A DNA stretch of 63,983 bases, the filler included, from Catajapyx aquilonaris (taxonomy: Eukaryota), in NCBI GenBank assembly GCA_000934665.2. It is 3 parts of 3 records of this genome, joined end to end, with 100 filler letters (N's around TTAATTAATTAA, not from the genome) between each part and the next. Parts side by side here need not be neighbours in the genome. Positions count along the whole stretch, not along the records: positions 1 to 21,437 come from KZ539467.1; positions 21,538 to 42,971 come from JYFJ02006055.1; 1 more part is not named here. One strand, written 5' to 3'. This document shows positions 13,641 through 25,614 of this stretch, piece by piece (the stretch's first letter is position 1; the number at the start of each line of letters is the position of its first letter). The notes beneath the pieces are model-generated. The model saw nothing but the letters and a program-made list of their open reading frames with translations, was not told the DNA's origin and ran no database searches. The translations under genes and the position numbers were made by a program.

Positions 13641-14397
13641 GAAGGTTGTCATCCCTGTCGATACTTGGACAAATTCATTCGAAGCCAAATTATGTGCTCG
13701 CAGGAGGCAGCCATGTTGCAGCTCCTTCCAATCCATTGGCTGAAGCCCACATCGAGTGGAAGCATGGCCGTAACCTTCTGCTCATAGGTCTGTTGGCGAT
13801 AGGGTCGCAGGTTTCTTTCTTTTTAAAAAAAAAATATGGTAGAGAGATAAGAAGTGGCGCAATGGTTTAATTTTATTTTTCTCCATCCCAACAGCCATAC
13901 AGGGCCTCTCATTGCCTCAAAGCGTCTGACTGACTGCCCGGGAATGTCCTTCACCTCTCCTAGTCCATACAGATAACAAATATGTATGGGGAAAAAAAAA
14001 CCAAGCCGCAATACTCTAATCTCCACCCTTCATCCCAGAGAACATATAATTAACTGTTGTATTGCACACTACACCACCCAGTCATGTGGAAGGTCACAAG
14101 TCTTCCCATTTTCTTTGATAACAAACCCCCATCCCTTTAGCTTTCATACTCCAACAGTCCAAGGTTGAAGGCTATTAAATGATGCTGGAGACCAGAGAAG
14201 GCAGCATGATTTGCACAACAATTGTAACAGTGCCAACAAAACTGTCGAAAATAACATACTTTTATTACACTGACTTTGCTTGCACATATTATTACACCTG
14301 CATTAGCACCCATGCCTACGGCTGCATAATAATGTCAGGTTTGAGGTGGCTAGTATTACATTATTATCACATTTAATCCTCCAAGAACAACTGTCAT

Positions 14398-17300
14398 TCA
14401 TGCAGCAGCATCAAAGAAGGTGTCAATAAGAGACAGCACGGACGCTGGAGTGTGCTTCACGTACTTGTCGTGGTTTTTCGTGAATGGGGTAGAAGCATAT
14501 TTGTCATAAAAGGCCTTGTACTTGGGGAAGATGAAGTCCTTATTTTCTTGCTTCAGAGTCTCTCGAAGCTCTGCATCTGGGACAGAAAAGCCTCGTTGAG
14601 TGCGGTGGATCTCCTCCATCTCCTTATTGAAACCCTGTCAACAACCATGATAAGAGAATAAGAGACACATGACATGAAACATGATTTCCAAGTTCATGCA
14701 AGTCTAAAAATAATTCTTGTGCTCTAGAATAACAAGGAAAGTGTACTAGGCAGTGGTATACTTTGGTTGCACCTTATTCAATAACTTCTAAGCATCACAG
14801 CAACAAAGACAATCTTTGTAAATCTGCTATAGGTTTTGCCAGTGCACTATGACTACAGCATATCACAAATTAGGAGAGTTCAGTGCACATCTCCTGGATC
14901 ACTTTCAATTGCTGTGAAATTTTAACAAGCAAGACATATCATGCTAGTTTTTTTCTATGCCTTGCATGTACGTTTACAAGATAATTTTCCACGTGATTCA
15001 CTGTCTGTCAAAAGCAGTGCGAACTTCAAGAATCTTTTTACGTAATCCTCCGAACAGTGCATATCACGCTGTCAGCTTAATAATAAATAAAAGTCCAGTG
15101 CATATACGAATAACGCTTGTGTATTATCGTGTATTATTTTCAGCCAAAAGATGTAGGCTTACAAATGTTAAAGAGTTCTTATGGAAATTTTTAATGTTAT
15201 TAGTGTGATAAGATATTGTGAAATTTGGAATGCCCAGGAGGTGGATTCTCAAATGGGTGCAAACAAAATGCACAGTGCAAGTAACTGATAGCAACAGTAA
15301 TAATTTGCGGCCAACTTACACTGCACATTTTATTAGCAAGTTTGTGAATCCCCTAAGAAGGCAGAGGGCAGAGGGGTAAATGGGTAATGTTAGTTCCAAC
15401 ATAGAAAAGGATTCCAGGTTCAATCTCAAGCCCTTCCCCATATTGTGTGGAGTGTGGCTTCGTCTTGGGTGGGATTTCTGGTAGACTCACTGCCCAGGGG
15501 AATGTACAAAACAACATCGCACTTACACATGCACTTCTCCTCTCCCTGCAACCCCCTTTTCCTCATAGTACCAGGGTGTTGTGGGAAAGGTCGAAAGCTT
15601 GTTAGTGCAAAAAAAATAAAATGTGTCATACCAAATTACAATTTCAGGTTGTGATGTACTAACCCAATTATTGTCATTAATAATTGTGAATCCCACCCCT
15701 GAAGTGCAATGAGAATTGCCTGCACTGACACCACCATATAACTGCATCAGTAGATGATAATACTCACAGAAAATTTGTCCTTGATGGTCTGCCTGTCTTT
15801 ATCCCTGAGTTTAGCAGCCTGCAGCAAAGGTGTGGGCACTTCATCACTACTGTTCCAGATGTATGAGAGTACCTTTGACCATGACTGGGTGTAGAGTCGC
15901 TTCTGCTCCTCAACCATGTCTCTGTAGTTGGAATCTGCATCAGCTTCTGACAACTGCACCAATTCCATTAGAATAGGTGATGCCTGCAGAGCTTTGAGCA
16001 CGTAGTGATTGTTGTTTAATCGAAAAATTGCTCTCAAGCATGGATCTCCATAGGCTTCACTCCTGCTCACAAGACAGAAATTGAGCTGGACAAGAACTTT
16101 CTTGATGTATATTCCTAGCAGAGCTTTCAACTTGTCATTTCGTGCCACTGCAACAGGTCTGGTGGCTAAGAGGTTGGCATAACCTGGGTCCTGTGAGAGC
16201 ATGCCTCCAATAGTGTCGACATAGTCAGTAAGCTGCTCCAGAAAGGTCAGTGTATTGGAAGTCAGCTCATGAACTGTGCCATCTTTTGGAAGCTGGCTGC
16301 CAAGGTCTCCTCCACGAAGGCTCTCCACAAAGTCCTCCAATGCCTTCAAGCCCTGCATTGAGGATGATAAAATTAATGAGCCTGGACCATTTTAAAGTTC
16401 ACTCAATTGAAGACTAATACAGTTAAACTTCAATATAACACCACCCCTCCCCATGTAACACTATCCTGGTTTTAACACCCTTTTCTTCCAGTCCCTTGAG
16501 CAGTCTGCATTTCCTGCATATAACAAATTCCTGCTTATAACACTACTTTCAGTTAGTCCCTTGAAAAGTGTTACATTGAAGTTTTACGGTAATAGCAAAG
16601 ACAAGAGAGCCTTAGCCTTGTTTGGCACAATTCTGCACTGGTAGTACCCATTTAACAACAGTAATTGGTTCCAGCAATACAGTGACGTAAAGTGAATCAG
16701 CGTAAAGCGAATCAGCGTAAATTGAAGTGATGTAAAACAGGTGCTACCAGTAAAGGAATGCATTGACAAGGCTGTGGTTGGTTGAAACCACTTCTGGTCA
16801 AAAGCTATTAGATGTAGGAAAGTTACACGATGATGGGTTATTAACAATCTAAAGAATTATGCATCCTTCTTAATCAGGCCGTAACCCTGTAGCAACTAGA
16901 GGTCATAATATGACTCACTGTAAAGTGCAAAGTGTTGAGAAGTGATGCTAGCCTGTTCCTGACTGCAAAATCACAACCTTCCAACGTCCGCTCAAACTCT
17001 GGCTTGACAGCAAGCAACTGTCGAAGAATAGGGAATACAGCCAGAACAGCAGAGAAATCGTGGCGGTTGATGCATCGCTTGGCCTTCTGGGCTATAGCCT
17101 GGATAAATAAGAATATAATTGGTTAAATGAGTGACACATCCATCATTCAGACATAGCAATTTTAAAATATATTAGTAAGCATAAAACCAAAAATCAGCTG
17201 TAAGAAATAACTCCCTAAACTTTAAACTGTCTGCCTTAGGTTACCCACAGTAATTATTAGTTCCAAGCCCCTCTGGGGGTAAACCACATCCTATATGTTT

Positions 17301-20300
17301 TTAAAAGCATGCATACCTATGGCGCAGTTTAATTTTTGAATTATACGTGTTTAGACACCATCAAAAGCATTTGACAACAAAATAAGATAGTTATAAAAAT
17401 ACACCACTGTACTGCAATAATTGTAACACATGTTGGCTTTTAAAATTTAATATTAATATTAACATTAATTTAATATTTTCAAACCCTGAATAATGAGACC
17501 ATGTATAACAGGGGGCCAACAGTACATCACATTCAGCAATACAGTACATCTGAAACAAGAATATACCTCTCCATCCTGCACAACCATGTCCAGTCCATCC
17601 TTGATAATAATTTCAAATGCCTGGCGCTGGTGAGTTAGGTGAACTATGCCAGACATCAAGGATGATTCTGCCTGGCTCAGGCGAAGGAACGCCAGTACCA
17701 GGGTAAGGTAGTTCTCCACATCTCGGTCATCAACATGGTCCTCGCGGCTCTCTGAAATATCAATACAAGTTATACATATTGCACCCATTCAATTTCCTTG
17801 TCCTCATAATACTGTACATACAGTGAAGCATATACACACCTAGTAGTGGTGGAGGTCTCTTAGGCCCAAGGGCCAATCCTGTAGATTGTTCAATAGTTTG
17901 GGATGCCTTTATGAGCATCTTGTTAGCACGCTTCTCAAACCTAGAATCAAATATGTAGCCACTTTGAAACATTTATACATTACAAGCACCATTTAATTCA
18001 TAGCAATTCGATATACTTAGTGTTGTGATGCTGAATGTTTAGCTTGAAAAATTAATAGCAAATGAGGCTATAATAATTATGTAAGGCGCGCAAGGTCCAA
18101 GCTTCACCTGCTACCATTCATCTGCCCTTAAGGAAGAGGGAGGGGGGGAGGCAAGCAGGAGTATCATACATGACATCCTATGGGAAAAAGGAGCACCAAT
18201 GACAGACATTCTGAAAGAGAGGGGGGGATAGCTGCAGAATGCCTCTGGAGTCCGTGCAGTGTTCATTTGAACTCTGGTAGTAGAATTATCTGGGCAAGCA
18301 AACAAGGAGGAAGGGAGGTCCCTGCATTCAGAACATACAGGGGGTCAGACCCACCTGCAAGTACTTAGGATATGCAGTGCTGTTACCTCCCCAGCTCAGG
18401 ATGCCTGGATACCAAGTTCTTTTTACTTCAGAGGTAAGATGTCACGTTTGCAGAAAATTCAGCTCTAGGGGTCTCTTGCAAAGCCCATGCGAATCCCACC
18501 TTAAATCTGTTCTTTCCCTTCCATCACTTTCACCCATCACAGAGATCAGCAGAAATAAACTTACGCATGCTGGAACCTCCTATTATGATGCTTCTTACTT
18601 GGTGTGTCATGGCGATTTCCGAATTTTGACCGCTGGAAATTCATAAATCTTTAATTAATGCACAATTGCTGAAGTTAACTTGAACTTCCATTACACAACT
18701 TGACATTTACTGACAGAGGTCTCTTTAAAAATTTAATTGACAACATCGATTTAATTTTAAAATTCCATAAATGAAAACTTCCCTTTGAATAATGGAAGCT
18801 CCTGATGCGACCAACATACGACATACATGCCCACACATGCACATACATATACACACCACACACATTTTTTACCTTGGAAATGGGAAGGCAGCACTTCCAA
18901 AAAAATGCGAGAAAGGTGTAAATAAATGAACCGTGGATCCCAATTCAACTTAAATTCACTCATTCACTAATCCATTTAGCCTTAATACGCACTAGGATAA
19001 TGAGGCTGTGTTACTGACCATGACGGGTGACCCTGTGATGGCAACTCCTCCAGTGCTGCCCCCACTAGCTGATCTCTGATACTCCTTGAGACCTTGCAGT
19101 GACTTGGTGAAGAGCCCTCCTCTCACCCTGGCATACTCAGCTCTGTACTCATCACGACTGTTGAGTATCAACCAGTCAGCTACAGACATCATCTCTTCTC
19201 GAACACCTTCAGGAAACTGGTTCAAACTGGGAGGCTCCGCTACTTCTACAAAATAAGATAATCACTTGCAAGGGTTGAAAGGGCCACTCACAATAATTAA
19301 GAAAATTAGATTGATTAGAGTAAAACATAATGAACTTCAGGACATGAATAAGCTGTACTATGGCCCAAATTTGCCACCGATCAACTTTCTTAACTATCTG
19401 AGTGCATGCAGCTAGTGCTGAATAGTTATTTCTCTGAGTAAGTTTCTTGTGTATTATTATGCAGGTAAATGCACAGATTTTGCAAGCAGTTTAAAATGTT
19501 GTAACTGATTTGATCACCAGCCATTCAAAAGGAAGTTCAAAAATGTTTCTCAATGTTGCACAAATATTTGTGGTAAAGAGCATCTTAACACCTTCATTGC
19601 AAACACATGCACAGCAGCGTTACGAAACAGTAAATGTTCAACCGACCTTCTTCGAGTCCAATCAGGTCCATTATAAGTATAGGTGGCACCACTGAGCTAT
19701 GTCGTAGTAGCAAATCTTGAAAGTGTTCATTCAGCATACTCACGCCAGAGTTGAACAAAATTTGCTAAATTAAGAAACATTGTTACAGTCTCATCTGGAT
19801 GCTTATTCTGAAAGCAACAAACTAGGCCAAAAGATGGCAAGCAATTGTGAATTTATGCTGGGCCTTCTATTTTTTTAAAAAAAATTGTAAGCATGCATAC
19901 ATACCACATTTTCAAGTTCAACACTTTGTGGATTCCTCTCAAAGTAAATCAGAGCAGCCTTCAATCGGTCCATGCTGTGAAGAAATGTTGGTAATCCACA
20001 TGACGTGGGCCCATCTCTCATGATTGGCTCAACCTCTACGCTCACATTGTAGTAACTAATCACATGGTCCAGAGCATTCAGGGTCTTCTCTATGTCTGAC
20101 ACACTCAAGTCAAGGATAATCAACACATACCATATTGATTGCATACCTCACTATTGTAATGAATTGAAAATTATGTCAGTAATCTTATAAATGTTTCAAT
20201 TTCAGAGTCCTCAACAAGTAACCTGTCAGAAATTTTCATTCCGCTATTGGCATAGCTGGCTACAGGAACTGACTCAAAGACCCTCATTTTCAGCTGTGTA

Positions 20301-20674
20301 TGTTCTTGCAATCTGCCAAGACTGCGAGTGTGTGCTCAGGTGTGACAAAAGGCAACTCTCCTGCTGCCTCTGGAGGTTCCCAGTATGGTGGTAGAGGGGC
20401 AGGATGGTCTCCTCCAGCTTGGAGAGTCTGAGCTCAAAGGAGGAGAGGATCCCCACCATCCCGCTGGTCAAGTGGCTGCTCCTCCCTATGGCCTCTCCCA
20501 GCATCTTCAGGTGGCCTTCCTCCTGCAGGGGGACACAATAATCAGACTGGTACAGTCCAGCAGAGCTGCAAGAGTGAAACAGACCCTCTCCAGCTTGGCG
20601 TCCATCTCGCTCTTTCCCCCGTCTCCTTCTCCCATCCCCCGACCACCACCAGCAGGGGCAGCGAGCCCCTCCAT
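14398..20674 (-). CDS. EXOC7: Exocyst complex component 7 (Exo70), 11 exons, 715 aa
   Basis: Exons 20674-20585, 20522-20357, 20095-19905, 19764-19647, 19245-19019, 18632-18565, 17940-17840, 17751-17567, 17098-16919, 16352-15768 and 14634-14398. Phase-consistent, 2148 nt. Motifs ILSSFELRLSKLEETILP, LPKDGTVHELTSN, AIFRLNNNHYVL, IKDKFSGFN, FTKNHDKYVKHT, FFDAAA. Confidence 0.95.
16420..16589. mobile_element. Tc1/mariner-pogo type MITE in an EXOC7 intron
   Basis: TA|CAGTTAAACTTCAATATAACA ... TGTTACATTGAAGTTTTACGG|TA imperfect TIRs. Confidence 0.65.
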
Positions 20675-21179
20675 TGTGAGTGCTCAGTGGACCAGCAACA
20701 AAGGAGGGGGCGGTGGAGCTCAGGGCGGGACCTTCCTTCCTAGTTCCTTCCTGTCTTTACCTCACGCACCAACAATCCCAGGCCAATTGACCATTCGTAT
20801 GCAGCCCCGGAAGGCATAATTTCATTATCCACATAGGCTGACGAGCGGATGCCGAATCCAAGAGCTTCGGCAAAATGCCGCCAGGTGGCTGCAAATAAAA
20901 AAGGACAAAATGCGGGTTTTGCGATGGCGCGCGTTGCACATACTTATAATTTTAACAGCAACCATTTAGCCCGCTATTATGGGCAGCATATTGACCATAA
21001 TAATAAAACATTATTATTATTATTATGTCTTTGCGCGGCAGATTTGAATGCGCCAAGACTGATTTCCTTCTTACTCCTCCTGCAACGCGGGTTTCGGTGC
21101 AACAAACGGTCATGTCATTGGTGACCCAAGGTGATGCCATGCCCACGTGATGTCCAGGTGATGCCATGTTAATATTCAG

Positions 21180-21437
21180 GTATTATGGACAAAAATCACA
21201 GCGTGCATCAGGATGATCGACAACACCTTATGATGCGGTTCACTCGTTCAGGGAAATGCTCCATGGCACTTCAGAAGAGGAATTGTTGGAAAAGTATGCC
21301 GACTTTCAGGTAGATCCCCAAGTCTCTAAGTACCCATCACTCCTGCGTTACATAGCCCTCATGTGGGAGAGAAGGGAGAAGTGGGCATTGGCATGCAGAA
21401 ACAATTTGTTGTTGAGGGGTACACACACCAACAATTA
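21180..21437 (+). mobile_element. MULE/Mutator-type transposase fragment
   Basis: KYPSLLRYIALMWERREKWALACRNNLLLRGTHTNN matches the W..R..WA..(Y)R...RG..TNN region before the catalytic Glu of MULE transposases. Runs into the gap. Confidence 0.65.
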
Positions 21438-21537
21438 NNNNNNNNNNNNNNNNNNNNNNNNNNNNNNNNNNNNNNNNNNNNTTAATTAATTAANNNNNNN
21501 NNNNNNNNNNNNNNNNNNNNNNNNNNNNNNNNNNNNN
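21438..21537. other. Assembly gap with artificial linker
   Basis: 44 N + TTAATTAATTAA (stops in all six frames) + 44 N, exactly 100 nt. Confidence 0.95.
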
Positions 21538-23157
21538 AAATGCGGTTGTGGAAGGAGCAGGAGGAGGCGGGGATAGGGGAAGCTCATTGAGGAGGTGCAA
21601 TGACGGCCCCCACTGTGATACGTGTCCATTTTTCATACAGTTCGATTCATGACCTCGCATCTCCCGCCCACACACTAATCAAAACACCCCCTTTCGATGA
21701 GAAATTCGCATGCGTCAAAAAGGGCCAGCTCTCGCAAGAGAAGTCGACTATTCGCATATATATGAGAGCAGACCTTTATGGAAACAGGTAAAACCATTTG
21801 TTAACATTATACAGTAATGACAAGTGTGTAATTTTTTGTAATTTGATTATGTGAAATGAACAGTAAATACATACAATTTTGACTTGTTGTCTTTTTATTA
21901 TAATAGTTTCTAAGTGACTTCTTACAAACCCATCTGCTTGTTCTTGATAAGCTGTTGCTGCTAACCACTGGTACTTGAGCACCATTTGTTCTCCTTGGTT
22001 GAGATACTGTCCTTCCTTTCACAGAGCCATATTTAAGTATTGTTCAGCCCTAAGCTAGGGAATAGGTAAAACCACCTTCTTATCTTAATCCACCAATCCT
22101 TGTCACACACAAAACCTTTACAAAATATCTTGGAACTACACTGTACTCCAGATTGTCCTGGTGCAGATTAGCCATGCCTCACCAGAAAATAAAATTGAAA
22201 ATAAAAGTCTGAAAAATTGTCAATATGTCTTGCAAATGAAGAAAACAGACTTGTTCTAGAAGACAAACTAAAAAGTTATGGTCCTAAGTTTCATTATTTT
22301 GATTAAGCCTGAGTTACGCAGCATACACTCTATGCCCAGTAGTACATAGAAAACCTGTCCATACTGTAGCTCATTTTTGCGTCATGCACACCTGTCCATT
22401 GTTTGCAACTATCCTCTAACCCTAAGACAATAATGTTACAAATATAGATTAAGGTATGCTTGCTGGAAGAGGTTAGTAGCCCAGTGGCATAGGCAGGGGG
22501 GGGGGCCCTCCCCCCTGGACCCAAAAAATATAGTTCAAATCGGCTATTTTAACGTGTTAAATGCACATGCGCAAATATTGTATGTGGTGGATGATGTAAG
22601 TAATTTATTCCAAATCGAAAATAACTAAGGTGACCAGACATCCTGAATTTTCCGGCACAGTCCCAAATTTTCACCCTTTGTCTCGGATTTTTTCAAGGGT
22701 CATTCGAGATGCCTATTTGTCCCGGATTCAGCCAAACTGTCAAGGGTAGGGCTAGTGTTGTAAAGGCCAGGGAAAAGCTGATTTTCCGAGGAAAATTTGG
22801 GTTTTTCTTGTTTCTTTACAAAGACCCGGATGTTTAACAGATAATCTGCATAGATTATTTTTCAAATATATAACACATAAAATAATGAGATCAAAGCTCT
22901 CACAATCACAAAATATTTCATATTTTGTGATGTAGGCTATGCCAACTTGTTCAAAAATGGGAAAAACTAATTTTCAGTTCTGGACATGAGTTGGCCTATC
23001 ACTACTTCTTGTGTCACCATTTTCTTCGCTAGAATCAGATTCCACCGCAGTAAAAGTGCAACAAAGCAGGTTTTTTTCTGAGTTTTAAAATTACTTCTCA
23101 TCATGACCCATTTCTTTTTCCCATGTAATATATAAATAATAATAAATAATAATAATA

Positions 23158-23456
23158 ATTGTGGGGGTAGTGCTTCACCTTTTGGCATTCGGCACGGACC
23201 TTTATTATTTGATCGTACATAGCATACAAGTTGGAGCCATTGAGAAGCGCCCGGGCCCACGGGCAGGATGACAGGAGGGGATGTGCAAGTGCAGTGCATC
23301 TGACGTGGTGGCCATTTTTATTGAACTCCCCCGGGTGGTTTAGTCTGTGGAAATACAACCCGAGACGAAGCCAGAGGTGACCCTGAACTCTGCACGAGAT
23401 GAAGGGGGTGTCCCCGGGACCTTAACATCCGTGGGCGCATACGTTACCGCCTCCCC
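23158..23456 (-). mobile_element. SINE family D copy
   Basis: Shared GAGACGAAGCCAGAG...GAACTCTGCAC...GATGAAGGGGG...GCATACGTTACCGC core, with an (ATT)n tail at about 23135-23158. Confidence 0.75.
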
Positions 23457-24128
23457 TCCCATGTAATATAATGTTGAATATGGAGTTTGACTACAACTTG
23501 TACAGTACTGTAATTTATTATTATCCCATGCACACATTTTTCTGGTATTTATACCTTGAATATATTACTCTCTTTGTTTATAATTCAGCCAATTCCCAAA
23601 GAGTCTGTTGAGTCATTTTCCAGTTGTAATTATCTTGCATTTTGCTGCCTTTTCAGCATTTTCATTTAAAGAAAATAACTGGCAGATGTCAATAAACTGG
23701 ATGGATATAATGTTTTGGATAATTTTGAATGTCTAAATTTTGAGCATGTTGACAAAAGGAACCAAGCAGCATGCAAACCAGTTAAAAATAAATAACTAAC
23801 TGGTCAGTTACATTCACCTAAGCTTGTGTGAGCTTGAACAGCAAAAAAAAAATCGCCTGTGGTGGGCCTCTTCGCTCTTCCCTCACATAACCCCCCCCCC
23901 CTACAAATTTCCTGACTACGCCGCTGCCATTACCTGTTGCTTAGTTACATGTACATGGAAGGGCACATACTTTGTATAATTATTTTTGTCATACTTTCCA
24001 GTCTCACATTAGCAATAGTTTTGAAAGGGAGTGGAAATTGCTTGTAATAGCTTAACTCGCACTTTTAACTTGGCTCTTGCATGAAATAGGTGTAATGAAG
24101 CCATGTTTTGCCAGAGCTTATTTCACTT

Positions 24129-24320
24129 CAGTGTTTGTAACGCACGACATAAATTTTTCACACTACTCGTGATGTCATTTTTTTGTCACCCACAGCTAAG
24201 TGGTGACTGAGGCAAGATCTGGCTGCCTTGAAGCTTGTCACTCTGCCACTTAGTCGATGGTGACAAATATGACATCACGAGTGGTGTGAAAAATTCCTGT
24301 CGCTCATTACAAATGCTGCG
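24129..24320. mobile_element. Degenerate foldback MITE
   Basis: Inverted arms of about 85 bp, e.g. AATTTTTCACACTACTCGTGATGTCAT versus ATGACATCACGAGTGGTGTGAAAAATT. Confidence 0.65.
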
Positions 24321-24335
24321 ATGTCCATTTGTGAA

Positions 24336-24621
24336 ACCCTGGGACTGTGACATGAGGGTCTTTTAGGACCCCAAAAGAATTAAAATGCATTAAAATGATA
24401 ATTACAATGAACTGTCATTAAAAAAAAAGAGTATATAACAGGAAGTGCATGTTTATTTTGAATTAGCAATCATTTTTGGCATTGTTCAAAGAATGATTGC
24501 ATATAGTCAATACATTGAAAACTATTATATAAAAATTATTAAAAATTAAAATATGGATGGGGTCCTAAAAGACCCCACGTCATGCTTGACGTAACTCTCA
24601 GGCACGTCACAGTTCCAGGTT
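24336..24621. mobile_element. piggyBac-like MITE (second family)
   Basis: Termini ACCCTGGGACTGTGAC / GTCACAGTTCCAGGTT, internal inverted repeat GGGTCTTTTAGGACCCCA with asymmetric spacer, TTAA-like right flank. Confidence 0.6.
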
Positions 24622-24639
24622 TAATGCTGAATTTATTTC

Positions 24640-24755
24640 AGCTACCGGCTGCATAGCTGTTGGGGTCATAGGAGAAACACAACTCCACCACCACAGCAAG
24701 GTGGTGGTGGAGTTGTGTTTCTCCTATGACCCCAACAGCTATGCCGCCGGTAGCT
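24640..24755. repeat. 55-bp hairpin with 6-nt loop
   Basis: 24640-24694 is the reverse complement of 24701-24755 with 1 mismatch. The loop is AGCAAG. Confidence 0.95.
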
Positions 24756-25614
24756 TCGCCTACTGGCAGGGTCTCCCAAGTTGGGCAGATTTTTGGGGCA
24801 GGAGACAAAGAGAGACATCAGCCTTTTCAGCCTTCTCTCCTGTCTTCTTTTTTCTCTTCATTTCTATCTCCATCTGTCCCACCTCTGTATCTTCAATTGG
24901 CAAAATAGCCTGTTGAAACACATAAATTCTTACCCTTTTTTGCGCCTATTTCCAATAATGTAGTTTTTCCATATGTTCTATAACCCAGTTTTTAAGTCAT
25001 CGAAATTTTTTAAAGTGGTAAAGAACTTCCCCTGATATACTACAGGCCTGAACCTGAATACATTGCAATATATGCCGCATCATGTAAGTTTATGAGTAGA
25101 TCATTGAGCATATCGAATATCACCAATTACAAGTCAGGCGGAAATCAACCGCCACATGATCAATAAGTTACATGCCGTTACATCGCGTTACATGTACTCG
25201 CGACTACGATTCAAATTTGGCGCCTTCACGGTTAGCCTTTCACCCCGAAATTCTTTCTTTCGTGGTCTATTTTCCCCTAGTAGAAATGGTATGCCATGGT
25301 ATGATGTTTTTCACATGAGCGCTTGATATTAAAATTTACGTGGAAAGGACCCGTCTTTGACGCCCCACAGTGCTGCCAACTGGCGGGAGTCGCGGGACAT
25401 ATTCACATTAGCCGGCCAGGTGCCTAGGTAAGAGGAGTCTTGGTTTTCAGGCCTTCACCCGCCTCCACCTGAGAGGCAAAATGGTATTGAAACGAGGCTA
25501 TTTCTCATGTCTGTTGTAGCTGAATAATCGGCCTCTGGCACTGTTTAGTAGTAGCAGCAGTGCCAGTTGTAATTCTAGAGGACCGCTGCACCGGAAGGGA
25601 TCAGCCAGGCTGGG

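Noticed and set aside
13132..13870. 152-159 aa ORFs on both strands
   Set aside because: Low-complexity GC-island translations with no recognisable motif. Better explained as promoter or 5'UTR.
21482..21493. TTAATTAATTAA as a biological motif or piggyBac site
   Set aside because: It is centred in N-runs in both gaps and is an artificial linker.
22482..23926. Single large hAT element (CAGTGGCATAG...CTACGCCGCTG)
   Set aside because: The termini are hAT-like, but there is no matching 8-bp TSD and the interior is a mosaic of other repeats.
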